A DNA stretch of 64,000 nt. It comes from Eledone cirrhosa. Taxonomy: Eukaryota. How positions within the stretch are numbered: the first letter of the stretch is position 1; each line of letters starts with the position of its first letter. Shown here piece by piece: positions 12,101 to 27,100 of the stretch. The DNA lies in assembly GCA_964016885.1 (NCBI GenBank), contig OZ024745.1, positions 117,304,001 through 117,368,000 on the forward strand, in the 5' to 3' direction. The position numbers and the translations under genes were made by a program. The notes below the pieces were generated by a model that worked only from the letters and a program-made list of their open reading frames with translations, had not been told where the DNA came from and did no database searches.

Positions 12101-15100
12101 CAAATGCTGTGTGCAGGAGAGGCGGCTGCATTGGTATGGACATGTGATGCGTATGAAGGATGACGGCTGCATAAAAAGGTGCAGAGCACTAAAAGTTGAT
12201 GGAAACCGCGGAGTGGGGAGACCCAAGAAGACCTGGGATGAGGTGATAAAGCCGACCTTACCCAATTACACCTCTCAAAGGTGATGACACACGACCGTGA
12301 CCTCTGGCGTCACGCAGTAATATAGAAGACCCGACCCCCTCCCCCCCTCCCCATGGGTACAAGCCAAAGCTGAAGCATATAGACAATATTCCCCCACACC
12401 CTCCCACTGCAAAGTGGTGGTGGAGGTGCCACGGCAAAAAAAGAACCCAGCCCACACTGTAAAGTGGACGTGTAGGCGCCATGGAAAAAAAGCACCCAGC
12501 ACTCACTGTAAATGAGGTTGGTGTTAGGAAGGGCATCCAGCTGTAGAAATCAAGCCAGAATCAGTTCCCGTATGAGCAAGGCATGGTCAGCCGACCGGCT
12601 ACTGCCGACACAGGACAATCCGTCTAACCCATGCTAGCGTGGAAGAACGGATGTAAAACGGTGATGATGATGATTATATAATGATTTTTTTACCATTTCA
12701 TCCATTTTATAAAGTAAAAAACTTAAAGCCTCCATGAAACCATCACATTATTGCCCAACATGTCCATTAAAGTTGCCTGCAATGATTATGAAGTCACCAT
12801 CACTCATTAGGGAAGTAGTTTACATTAGTGAGATTTAAGTCTGTTTAGGACTAGCCTAGGTTTAAAGATACTGTTGTTCACTCTATTTACTGCAATTACC
12901 ATATCTACCCATTTTTCTGCTAAGAAAATACCTACTCTGCTCAGTCTGTTGTCACTGCCTACCCAGAAAAAATTGTAGCATTGTTCTTTGCCCACAAGGT
13001 GTCTAGCTGATGCACCCCTCCACCTAGTCTCTTGTACAAAACACACATCCACTTTCTTTTGCTCCAGCATCTCTACAATTTCCCCTGATATTCCTTTCAT
13101 TGTGCTTACATTGATAGTGGACCTGTGAAGTTTTTGAGTTTACTGAAAGAGAAAGTTGAATTCTTTGGCAGGTGAATTGTTGTTGGCTTTCCATATCTGA
13201 AATGAAGAAGAAAGTTTACATAATCGCCTGGAGCCACATGATGGGTTCATATTAAGAAGAATTTCTCCAACTTTGTAGTTCATATGCCATGTAAATCACA
13301 AAGTCCACAACAACTGTACATGATGATAGTAGTAGTAGTTATGATAGACTATGAGTTAAGACATTTTCATGCTACTGTTTGATTGGTCCAGCAGGATATG
13401 GGGGTGGGGGAATGAAAAATGAGCCACTTGATTCAATCCTATAGAGAGGCCAGAAGATGATGACTGAGTGAATATGAAAATAAGATTGTAAACTGTTTCA
13501 GAAATGCCCAGGTAGAACGACATAACTGTATTATCTGGAAGATAACAATACTAACTCTTCAGGCATGGAAATTAAGTGTTAGACAATGCTTCAGCTAGCT
13601 CTTCAAAGTATTAGAACCTTATGTGCAACCACCAGTAAGACCCCACACACAAATGGATATTCATTCATAAAAAAATATCCACAAAATATGGCTGCTTAAT
13701 TCCAACTTGGTCAGTTTAACTTAGCACATTCCTGATGAAATATAACCCATGTCTAAATATATTTTTATATATATAGACTGCAGTTGTACACATGTGGTTA
13801 GCCAATCTGCTAACAGAATATGAAAGTTCAACATTAAAATCACTATCATATACAGATTCTAATCTGCCTACAATATTCCATAATACTCTTCTACTTGTCT
13901 TAGAAGAAAGCCTTAATATTTACTATTGTGAATGAACATTATTTTATGACACTACTAATTCCACATTCTAGAGGGGGGAAAATGTTATGAAAATTATTCC
14001 ATAGTTTGGTCTCTAATATTGCATGATTCCTAATGGTAGCATGCTTGCCATACAATCATAATGTTGTTGGTTCGATTCCTATATAAGCTGTTGAATTGTG
14101 TTCTTGAGCAAAACACTTTCTTTCATGTTGTTCCAGTACACTCAACTGAGAATGAGTACTAGCAGTAGCTGGGAAGTTAATCCTGTAATAGACAGGCATC
14201 TTATCCAGGGAGAGTCTTGTACTCTCAGTCACTTAATGCCAAGGAAACTGGGGATAAGACTGGCGTGATGAGCCTTCAGCTTAGAACAGACATTACACTG
14301 TTACATTTTTATTAGTCAGATTACCTCCATGTAAATTAAAGCTATGTTCCTTATAGCCCAATTCTGTTCCAGTAACATCATCATCATCGTCATTGTTTAA
14401 TGTCTATTTTCCACGCTAGCATGGGTTAGATGGGTTTGTCCCATTAAATGCAAGCTGGGTCGGGTGACCATGTCTCACTCATATAGGACTGTTGCTGGCT
14501 GGTTTTCTATGGCTGGATGCCCTTCCTAACACCATATTAATGCATGCATATTCCTGTATACATAGAAACATACTACCCGAATCCATACATACACCACAAT
14601 CATGCACACACAAACACATGTGCACACATACACACACTATGTAATCTTACTATGAATATTAACTCTTAACATCCTGTACCGCGTGAAACTGCATTAGCAT
14701 GATATTCTTGAAAAATATAAAATTGCATTATGACTGCATCACATGGAAAATGTAAGTCTTTGCTCTAATACTTCAAGTTTTCACAATGATCTGCCAAACC
14801 ATTATTGGATATTAAGAGTTAATTAACAACCTTCCTTATGTAACATTATTTTCAGAGAAAATAACTGTATCACATCAAAATATACTGTCTTTACTCTAAC
14901 AGTAAATTTCCACAATGATTTGTCTGCTAATAAAGATACTATAAATATTTAAATTTATAAATCTATTTTAAAACATTTTCTTCTAAAGTATTACAGGATT
15001 TTAAAAGTTAAATGATTTTCTATTACTAGGTTTTTACTGAACTGGATGATCTCACATCACTTTTCAATTCTTTTGCCGACCACAATACACTTGATATCCA

Positions 15101-18100
15101 ATCTTATAGGCTAGCTATGACTGAATGGATTGGAGCTATACGTCAACCTAGGTATGTGTTGTTTTCAATTAATTGTTTTCATAATTTTAAGTATGAATTG
15201 GATGTTAAGATTTTTTGAAAAAGAATGAAATAGTAGAGACCACATATTTAAAAAATTAAATCATTTAACCCTTTTGATACCAACCTGTCTGAAACTGCTC
15301 CTCACTCGATGATACTAAACTGTTTATTTTAAAGTATTTATCATCATCATCATTTAATGTCCATTTGCCCTGCTAGCAAGGGTTGGATGGCGCTACATAA
15401 ACCAAGTCAGTACTAAAGTGGGGCCACTGACATCCCAGTCAGGTTAAGGAGGTCTGTATCCTGCTTATGTATAGTCATTATCAAGTGCAGAGGAGATGTT
15501 GTCATGTCTTTTGACACAAACTGAAGGATCCTCCTAATCCCTTGTTTGGAAAGCTTTCTATAAGTGGATGCCCTTCCTAGCACCAACCAATTTACAGCAT
15601 GTACTGGGTGCTTTTATTGTGTACATCACCAGCACTATGTAGGGTGTCTTGTCCTTGATATAACTACAGGATCTTTTATAGTTATTTATTTATTTAAAAA
15701 CCTATTATAATTTTAATTAAAAACCGTTGATAAGCAACAGCTTAATAATCTCTCTAAATTCTTGATTATCTTCAAAATTACTAGAAAATTATAGGTAATG
15801 TATTTCACTAGAAATATGATAATGAAATGGTTAAATATAAATTTCTTGCTTAATTCCAACTTTGCTGGTTTACCTTGTTGTAAGGAAAATAAGTTAAGAA
15901 TCACACGAAATCAAGTGATCATTTACAACTGTTATTTAGTAGTTCAGCCTATTAGTTTTCTATCATAGATGATCTTTCTTTAAGGAAAAGGGCCAAGTCA
16001 TCTGCATAGTCAAGATCTTCTAAATGAGGGAAAGCATTCACTGGTCACTTCTAGGTTTATCTGATGTGGTCTTATGCTCCAGTTAATAATAATTATGAAG
16101 AGGATAGGATAAAGTGTAGTTTTAATGCCCATTGGATTCCACTGAAAACCGTTTAGAGACTGTATTGTTAATTACTACACTGTACTAGATGTTAAGGAAT
16201 GGCTTGTGAGGACAGTGCAAACTATGTACAGAGGTACTGTCAGTAAAGTGAGGAATTCCAGATACAAGTAGAAGTACATCAGGGTTCAGTCCTCAGCCCG
16301 CTCTTGTTCATTATAGTCCTCCAAGCCATATCAGAGGAGTTTAAGACTGGCTGCTCATAGGAACTTCTCTATGCTGACAATCTGGTTCTTATAGCAGAAT
16401 CAGAAGAGGAGCTAGAGAATAAATTCTGGCTATGGATCAGCGATTGGAATTAAGAGGACTGAGAGTGAACCTAGCTAAGACAAAAGTGTTGATAAGTAGA
16501 AAAGAGGACAAAACTCTGATTCCATCAGGACCATGCTCGATATGCAGAAAAGGAGGTGGCATAAATTCTATAAAATGTACACAATGCAGATCTTGGGTAC
16601 ACAAGAGATGTAGTGGGATAGCAGGCAGACTAACAGGTAGGGAAAAATGCGTATGCAGTAGATGTACAGGGAAATTAGACAGTAGAAGTCGCATTGATAG
16701 ACACATTTTTCAAATGCAGGCAGGTTCTATAGAAGTGGTTGATAGCTTTCGGTACCTAGGTGATCAAATTAGCATGGGAGGAGGTGTTCCGCGGCCATAG
16801 TATCTAGTTGGAAGAAGTTTTTAGGGAGCTGCTTCCTCTGCTGACAAAGAAGGGTTTCTCCCTGCGTACGAAAGGCCGGTTATATGATGCCTGTGTGAGG
16901 TGCACGATGCTGCATGGTAGTGAGACATGGGCAGCAATTGCAGAAGATATGCGACGGCTGGTGAGAAATGAAGCAAGCATGTTCCGTTGGATGTGTTGAG
17001 AGAGAAGCTGTGTTTAAGAGGAATAAGTTGTAGTGTGCGGGAGAGATGACTGCGATGGTATGGACATGTGATGTGCATGGAGGATGACCGCTGGGTAAAG
17101 AGGTGCCAAGAAATGCTAGTAGAAGGAAGACGCAATAGAGGAAGACCACGAAAAACATGGGCGGAGGTGGTGAGAGCAGACCTCAGATTGCTGAAGTTCA
17201 CGGAGGAGATGATGAAGGAGATGCTATGCTGAATAGGACCCGTCCCACTCTTGCAAGCAGGGAAAAGCGGACGTAAAATGATGTTGTGCGTGTGGAAAGT
17301 GGATAATATTTCTAAGTTGTCTAATATTTCGAGACCCAAGAGTATTTGGGATTGGGATGAGTAATATTTATAATATTTATTTTGAATTATGTGCTTATCA
17401 ATTTATCAGTTGCTTTTTCTTAATTTATCAATTGCTTTTTCTTAATTTATCAATTAATCTTTTCATTTAGTCTTTCCAGTGAAAACAATTCTGAGGTGTT
17501 AGTTCAACTGAAAAGTTTGTGCACTCAGAATAACCTACTTAATGATGAACTTGATAAGATACGGCAGCAGCTAGAAGCCACTGAAGATTCGTTGGCTGCA
17601 TCAACAAAAGAAAATGTAGAGCTTAGCAAAAATATCAAAAAGTAATTTTTTTATTTATATTTATTTGACCCGCATTCCCTAGTACAAAGTTAATCTACAG
17701 TCATTAGGCACCTTTTAACCAAATATACGCCGCAACTACTACCCCTACTGCATCCTCCCACATCCACCAACACCACCCTTTCTCTGTAAAGTTATGTTGG
17801 TACCACAACATCTAGTCCACACTAAATAGGTCATGTAGGTGTCACGACAAAAAAACACCCAGTCCACACTGTAAATGCGGCTGGTGTTAGGAAGGTCATC
17901 CAGCTGCAGAAACCCTGCCAGATACAGCCCTATATGAGTGAGACATGGTCACCTGATTAATCTTGCCTCAAGTGGGACAATTCCTCATCTAACCCATGCT
18001 AGTGTGGAAGATAGACATTAAATAATGATGATGATGTGCTGCCATTGAGAAGCTATCTATAAAGAATCTAAACTATAAATTTATTTTCTCATTTATATGA

Positions 18101-21100
18101 AGGTTGCAGAATGTTGTTGAACAAAAAGAAGTACTTGAAAGAGAAAATGAAGACCTAAAATCAATTGTACACTATTGGATGGAAAAAATCCAAACAGAAC
18201 GAAGTTCAAATGATAATCAACGGGAAGGCATTTTGTTGGAAAATAGTAAACTGAAAAGAAATGTAGGTAGTTTAAATTATTTCGTAATTTTCCCTATTTT
18301 GTAGAGTATAAATTAGTTTTTGTGTGTGTTTGTGTTCATATATATTGAGAGATAATGAATAAAAGGATCCCAGATTAATTTGGCAGTGAGTCCTTTGGCA
18401 CCTCCCAAAAACTGGCAAATTCTTTAATAAACTGGCTCTTATATAATTTTTCTACTGGTATTAGGCCTGTCGCCAGTCTTTGGTACTCTGGAGAGCTCCA
18501 GAATATTCTGGGTGAACAATCTAATTCACAATAATTCTAAGGGGGAGTTTTGGATTAAGCATATCACTAAATTTTCTAAATCTGAGTATGCACCATTGAA
18601 AAGTAGGTGGGACAGGGCCATCTAGTGCACCCCCCTGACAATGGGTCTGCTTGGGGTATTCCTTTGAACTCAGTCCACTTGAGATAATTTTCAGGTTAAT
18701 GCCTGATTGGTTACATGTCATAACTCTAAGCCTATACAATCCTCTCTTTACCATATAGCGTTGATGGCAGTGAGACATGGGCTTTGTGTGCAGAGGACCT
18801 GCACAGACTGGAAAGGAATGAAGTATGCATACTCCGTTGGATGTGTAATAGTAATATACGCGAACGGCAAAACATAAATGAACTAAGTGAGAAATTAGGA
18901 ATAAGAGGGATCAGATGCTGTTTACTTGAGAGAAGACTATGTTGGTATGGTCACATGATGCGCATGAAAGACGACAGCTGTATAAAAAAGTGCAGGGCAA
19001 TCAGAATTGATGGAAGTTACGGAGTAGGTAGACCTAGAAAAACCTGGGACGAGTTGATAAATTCCGACCTTACACACTTGCACCTCTCTAAGACAATGTC
19101 TCTGAACCGAGATCTTTGGCACCACGCAGTAATGCAGAAGACCCGTCTTGCCTATGTACAAAGCAAAACCTCCAGTCAGTAGGCACCTCTTAACCAAATA
19201 TACACCCCCAACCCATGACCCTACTCCATCCTCCCACTCCCACCAACACCACCCTTTCTCTGTAAAGTTATGTTGGTACCACAACATCTAGTCCAAACTA
19301 ATGAGGTCGTGTAGGTGTCACGACAAAAAAACACACAGTCCACACTGTAATGTGGCCGTGTAGGTAACATGGTAAAAACCTCCCAGTCCACACTGTAAAT
19401 GTGGTTGGTGTTAGGAAGGGCATCCAGCCATAGAAAACCTGCCAGACAGTCCTATACGAGCAAGACACGGTCACCCAACCAATCTTGCCTCAAGTGGGAC
19501 AATTCCCGTCTAACCCATGCTAGCTTGGAAGATAGACATTAAATGATGATGATGATGATAATGATGATGTTCAATGTAGTTCTCAAGTACATTTGCACAA
19601 CCAATCAAAACAATCTAGCATTCTTGTTGGTTAAATTATATTCAGCTGTAGAAACCAAGCCAAAAGTGGGATGTATGAGCTAGATAAAGTCCCCCTGACT
19701 GCTCTAACCTCTGAACAACTCATCTAATACATAGAAGTATGGAAAATAGATCTTAAAATGATGATGATGATGAGTGTAAATTCAGAGAGGTTTGGTTGCT
19801 ATTTTTAGCAGATCAAACAACCACCTTGAAGCTTTCTTGTTTTTATTAAAGGTGCATATTCAGTTAGATATAACAGATTCCATTTGGACTCAGAAATATA
19901 ACACATTTTGTCTGTTTTTCTAGTGTTTGTACTGTTTCTACTGTTTATAGGTATATTTTAGAGTATTAACATATTTGACGTAGTGACCATTAAATACTTA
20001 ATTAACCCTTTAGCATTTAAACCAGCTGTATCCGACCAGAACTTTCTCACCTCTTTTTGTTCAAACCAGCTGTAACCGGCTGCTCATACCTACATTAAGG
20101 TATTCTCAAAATAAATAACATCAAAATCTCATAGCTATGATATTATGTGAGATAAGTATGTGGGGTAAAGTCTTTACTGTGAAAATATAGTAGTAAATAC
20201 AGAGTAATGTAAATGCTAAAGGGTTAAGAATGCTTATACAATGAGGAAAATACAATTTTAACTAAACTAGCAGAAAAACCACCCTTCGGGTGGTTTTCTG
20301 CTAGCATTTGTAGTGTGTATATTGATATTATACGCAGGTATATATATATGTAGATATGATGCATCAAATAAAATCGTAATTGACAATATATAATACATAG
20401 AAATTGAACGAAGACTGCGTTACACTGTCTTATTTAATCAGTAACGTAATCCATGATACATTAAAAAAGACGATATTATATATAAACTGCATTAGAGAAA
20501 ATTAGTGACAGAAAATTAGTATGTTTATTTAAGCGATCGCGAACCGGATGTGTTGACATTTCAGAAATTTTAAAGAAGTGAATCTTTAAATAAACAAAAT
20601 ATATTTAATCAACAGCCACGAAATTTAGTAGATAAATTATGTAATATTCATTCATTATTCAAAGTAATCCAACTTATTTTACTAATGGGATAAAAAATTA
20701 TAAACTGTACACAGTCCCACGCTCCTTACTTTATTATAGTTTAGATGACTCTCATCATTTTAATAATTTTGGTGAATATAGACAACATCTGCAAGTATAT
20801 TTCATTCTTATTAAACCTTCTCAGCTAAGTGTAGACCTCACTGCATACAAACTGAAATAGTAAAGAAGGAATCACTAAGTAGATGTATAATCATCATCAT
20901 CATTGTTTTTATGTCCACATTTCCATGCTTGCATAGGTTGGACAAGTCCTTCTCAGCACGGCATCTCGCCATTTGTTGTGTTCCTTCATCATCTTCTCTG
21001 CCAGTCTTAGCAATTTGAGGTCAGCTCTCACAACCTCTGCCCAGGTTTTTCTTGGTCGTCCTCTACTGCAGCTTCCTTCCACTGGGATTTCCTGGCATTT

Positions 21101-24100
21101 CTTCATCCATCAGTTATTGTTCATGTCCATCGCATGTCCATACCAACGCAGTCTTTTCTCCTGCACACCATCTCAGATTCTCCTTAAATCCAGCTTCTCA
21201 CTCAACTCATCAAAGCTCTGCCTTTCTATCACACATTGCACATCCAACGAAGCATGGTTGCTTCATTTCTCTCCAGTCTATGCATGTCCTTTGCAGTCAC
21301 AACTCTTGTTTCATTACCATGCAGCATAACACACTGCACACAGACATCATACAGCCTTCCTATTGTATCATCATCATTATCGTTTAACGTCTATTTTTGA
21401 CGCAAGCATGGGGTAGATGGGTTTGTCTCATAGGACTGTTTCTGGCTGGATGCTCTTCCTAATGCCAACCACATTTACAGTGTGTAGGGAGAAACCTTTT
21501 GTTGTCAGCAGTTGAAGTACTTCTCTAATCTTCTTCCATCCTATCCTTATTCTAGCTATTATGCTCTCGCTGCACCCTCCTCTGCTGCTAATTAGGTCAC
21601 CTAGATAGTAGAAGCTATCAAGCACATCTATGGATCAGTCCTTTGACTGGAAAATGTTTATATCATTAGTACTCTTCCTCTCAGTTTCTGCTGTGCATCT
21701 TCTACATGCAAAGTTATCCCTTCCTGTTAGTCTACTTGTTATCCCACTACATCTTTTATGTACCCAAGATTTACATTATGTACATTGTATGGAGTTTATG
21801 CCTGCACTTTTCTGCATATTGAACAGGGCCACTTCCCTGAGGGAATCTGGGCCCTGTCTTCTCTTCCTACTTACTAACACTTTAGTTATGGCTAAGTTTA
21901 CTCTGAGACCTTTTGATTCCAAATTCTGTTTCCATAATTGGAATTTACTTTCTAGCTCTTTTTTGGTTTCAGCTATAAGGACCAAATCATCTGCATGTTG
22001 TAGAGGAGTGGCTGTGTGTGTGTCTTTTTTTTTTATCCAGAGGGTTACACTGGTAAGAGTCTATCCCTGCTAAGTTCAACTATAGCAGACAGACTGAAAT
22101 GTAGGAGTTAGACTAAGCCTTGAACTATAGAGGAGTAAACATCAATGACAAAAGTCCTAACATAGGGTGGCAGCATGGTTGATGTGAGACATCAGTGGGG
22201 GAACTAGAGTTAAGTCAATGGTGGATGTGAGACATCAGTGGAGGAACTAGAGTTAAGTCAACGGTGGATGTGTGATATCAGTGGAGGAACTAGAGTTAAG
22301 TCAATGGTGGATGTGAGATATCAGTGGAGGAACTAGAGTTAAGTCAACGGTGGATGTGTGATATCAGTGGAGGAACTAGAGTTAAGTTAACGGTGGATGT
22401 GAGACATCAGTGGAGGAACTAGAGTTAAGTTAACGGTGGATGTGAGACATCAGTGGAGGAACTAGAGTTAAGTTAACGGTGGATGTGAGATATCAGTGGA
22501 GGAACTAGAGTTAAGTTAACGGTGGATGTGAGACATCAGTGGAGGAACTAGAGTTAAGTCAATGGTGGATGTGAGACATCAGTGGAGGAACTAGAGTTAA
22601 GTCAATGGTGGATATGAGATATCAGTGGAGGAACTAGAGTTAAGTTAACGGTGGATGTGAGATATCAGTGGAGGAACTAGAGTTAAGTTAACGGTGGATG
22701 TGAGACATCAGTGGAGGAACTAGAGTTAAGTCAATGGTGGATATGAGACATCAGTGGAGGAACTAGAGTTAAGTTAACGGTGGATGTGAGATATCAGTGG
22801 AGGAACTAGAGTTAAGTCTATGGTGGATATGAGATATCAGTGGAGGAACTAGAGTTAAGTTAACGGTGGATGTGAGACATCAGTGGAGGAACTAGGATTA
22901 AGACAATGGTGGATGTCTGATATTAGTGGAGGAACTAGAGTTAAGTCAATGGTGATTCATACTTGATACTGAATGGAAGAATGTTATGGCAGTGGTCAGG
23001 ATCAAAAGATTTCAGTAAGTGAAATACTGCAACATTCACTGACAAGCAGTACCAGATGCACGTACCAATGCACAATCAAAACACATTATATCAGAAAGAC
23101 ATGAGAAATCTGGCAGTTGGCATAGTTAAGAAAAGATAAAATTGTATATGGGGAAATGTTTGTTTTGCTAAGTAATTTATTTCAGTGATTTATTGTATGA
23201 AATATCTACTTGTACAATATTGTATATCTACTTAGTGATTCTTTCATCAATATTTCAGCAAAAACTATTAGTTTTGTCATTGTTCTAAGTTTCATGTTTT
23301 ATCAATGCAACTCATTAGAATATTATTTTCTTTTACTTAATTTCACAGTTGGAGCAGAAAGTAACAGAGTGTAAAAATTCTTTAAATAAACTACAAGAAC
23401 TCAAAATGCAAAATTCTAAAATTTCAAAGGTTAATTCTTTATATATTCTAAATTTCAATTATTATTGTTGTTATTATTTAGCTTCTGATGATCTGAAATT
23501 GGGCAGAATTATGATCAAAGGTATTTTACCTGTGATCATTGTGTACATAGGGAGTTGAAGTGTCAATGTGACAAGCCCATCGAATATGGGGGTTTTCAAT
23601 AGATATGAAGACGGAATATGAACCGCTTCACTTGACACACCAATTTTAACTTAATTATGTAACAACCACTAGCTAGAATTAATACCCACTCAATTTTGGA
23701 GCTAGTTGCAATGTTTAGGGTCGATGGAAAGATGTCTTATATGGGAAGCCACTGTTAGTAACTCTTTCACTCCATCATACATCCTAAATGCCAAAGGTGT
23801 GAATAACTACATCCATAGCCAAATGCAATTAGATACTGAAATACCATAATTCCTCAGTGAATTACATTTTTCAGTCTGTAGCATTCAAAACGTTTGGGGA
23901 AGCTGGGCTGCCAACAACAAAGTTTTTATCATTGTTGGTGGCTCATAATACTGAAGAATCCAGTGAGGTTCATGAGGATGCTTGGTTGTTCAAGTGTTTT
24001 GGCCACGCTGTCGCCACCACCATTTAATATCCATTTTTCATGCTTGCATGGATTAGACAGGTTGTCATGTTATGAGGCAAGTCAGGTCGAGAGACCTCGT

Positions 24101-27100
24101 CTTTGCTCATATGGGTCAGTATTTTGGCTTGGTTTCTACGGTGGATGCCCTTCCAACCTCATTTATAGTGTAAACTGGGTGCTTTTTATCATGGCACTGA
24201 AACAACCACCTTACAGGGTGAACTGGATGCTTTTCGTTGTGTCACCAACATGACTACCTTACAACGTGGGCTTGGTGCTTTTTTTTCTCATGGCACCATC
24301 ATGATCACTTTACAGGATGGACTGGTTGTTTTTGTTGTAATGTTGGATCAGCCTACACTTGTGCTAATGCCATCTGTGTTTTTGGTTGCCTCAAACAATT
24401 ATAGAGGGAAAAACCAATATTCCCTGTTGTATTTTATAATTGACTCAATTTTTATTGTTGCTTATAAGTTTAGAAATATATTTTGTTTAGATTTCTAATT
24501 ACATTTTCATACTTAAAATAATTATTTCAATGAACACTGATAAATCCTTTTTGTTGTTGTAATCAACAAAGAAAAATGCTAATTTATATTTTAAACAAAG
24601 AAAAACTTGTAAATCTTTTAGTATTTTAAAAGATTGTTAAGATAGGTTCTGTTTAAAGAAATATTATATTGTGAATATTTATTTATATTTAATCTGCATA
24701 GAAAAAGAAAATTGAGATTGAAAAATTGTCAGATTATTTTGAAATTGAAATTATGAAAGTAAGTATAATGTATTTTATTTTACCCTCAGTTTAGATTAAC
24801 CCTTTAGCATTTAAACCGGCCGTATCCAGCCAGAATTCTCTCACCTCATTCTGTTTAAATCGGCTGTAACTGGACAATCATACTTTTGTGATGGTATTGT
24901 ACTCAAAGTAAATAGTATCAAAATCCCATAGATTTGATATTATGTGAGGTAAAGATTTTACCGTGAAAATACAATAGTAAATATAGAGTAATGTAAATGC
25001 TAAAGGGTTAAATCTTTCAAACTGCACCTTAGAGCATATAAATGAATTGTTATTCCTTGTGTAGGTATAAGGAAATGTAGTAGAGTTTGTGTGAGTGTAT
25101 AGATGGGAAAAGGGCTGTGTAAAATGTATATGGGAACATTTTTCAGTGATTGTGAATATTGATATCAAATGAGGAAGATGTATTCAAATGAAGCTTAACT
25201 GTTGTTCCCAACAATACTTGGAAATAGGAGTAGCAAGTACAAGCCTGCAAACAGTTCTTATACAATTAGGGATTCTCTTGACAAGTCTACAACTTCTAAT
25301 ATTTTCTTGTTTACTTTGGAACAAGATTCATATAAATGAATAACTAGTTTAATGCTAATCTGTAACATAAAGTAAAGGTGATACTTTTAGCTAAAACAAT
25401 TGCTTGTTATTGTTATAGGCAATTCTCACTTTAACCCTTTAACATTTAAATCGGCGGCCATATCTGGCCAGAATTCTCTCACCTGTTCCTGTTCAAACCG
25501 GTCATAACTTGCTACTCATACTGATGTTAAGGTATTGTTCTCAAAATAAATAATAACAAAATCTCATAAGTTCGATATGAGATAATTATAAAGCCTTTAA
25601 TGCGAAAATACAAAAGTAAATATAGAGTAATGTAAATGTTAAAGGGTTAAAGAATCAACTGTGTTATGGAATTTTGTAGATTTCTCATTGTTTTGTTATA
25701 GTTGAAAGCTGATTTGAATAAAGCTGAGGAAAAAGTGTCACTGCTGAAGAAAGCTAATAAGGTTTGTGGATATGTTTAACTCTTAACCTGTAATGATTTA
25801 GCAGAAAATATTTTGAAATGGGTTTATTAATTAAAATGTTGATGATAGCTTTACTATTGGGCAGATTGTTGTGAAAATTTGCAGTATTAGAGTTTATTTA
25901 TTAATGTGATGTATTCATAGTGCTGATTTATATTTCTCAAGAATATCTTGCTAATGTAGTTTCGTGTGGTACAGGACATCAACAGTTAATTTATAAAATG
26001 GAATTTATAAAATGATAATTAGGATTAATAAGGATTCTTTTATTGTAATTATTGTTAAAAATAAATAATTTCTTCAGTGATAAACTTAATTGTTAGAATT
26101 AAAATTGCTTAACAGTGAACATTTATGAACATTTAGGTCATACTAAGTTTTCATTAATAACTTTAAAAAAATTCCTTTTCAGGAACTTAAAACTCATAAT
26201 TTTGATCTTGATGCCCAAATAATCCAACTAAAAGAAAATGAAAGGTAAATATTCATTCTAAGAAAAGTTGAAATATTTATGATACTGACAGCATTATTTG
26301 GGAAGGTTGTACAGCTTATGAGAAACACAAGTAGTTGTAAACAAACATATGTAGCTGATCTCTCAGACTTTTCTGAAACACTGAGAGGATAAAGTTGATA
26401 TAAAGTGTACTGTACTCATGTGTGCAGATGCTATAAAATAGCTTATAGTGTGAAGATCCTTATAAGCTATTTTATAGCATCTCTGTGCATGAGAACACCA
26501 CTCTTTATATTAAGAAGCAGTTGTATTTCATTCCAGATTTATTAATCAATTAGATAATTAGTTTATTAACCTATGGTCACGAATCTTGGGTAATGACCAA
26601 AAGAATACGATCCACAAATACAAGTGGCCGAAAGGGGATTCCTCCGAAGGGTCTTTGGAGTAATGTTACTCAGTAAAATGCATAGCTCAGAGGTCAGAGA
26701 GTCACTCCAGGTAGAGCCTCTACTTCTCCGAATTGAGAGAGCACAGCTCCGATACTATGGCCATGTAGCTAGAATATCTCAGGAAAGAATCGCTGGACAG
26801 ATTTTATGGGTAAAACCAACCGGCAGGGGACCAAGTGTTAGCCTCCAAGCAAGATGGTTAGATAACATCCATGAGCTTGGCTGGTCTTGCTTGGGGATCC
26901 AGCTGGATCAGTTGGAGACAGTTGCTTCTGACAGAACCCTCTGGAAGGAGAGTTTGAGGACTCTGCGCCCACGACCCTCAGCAGGGCCATCTTAACGCAT
27001 GGGCATGCTGGGCAGTTGCCCGGGGGCCCATTTGTATTTTTATTCCTGTGAGTGGTTGTGTAGGTAGGGGCCCCAGTGCTCTGCTTTTCCCGGGGGCCTA

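Noticed and set aside
22177-22953. CRISPR-like array
   Set aside because: Contiguous units with no unique spacers, no cas genes and a eukaryotic context; it is a minisatellite.
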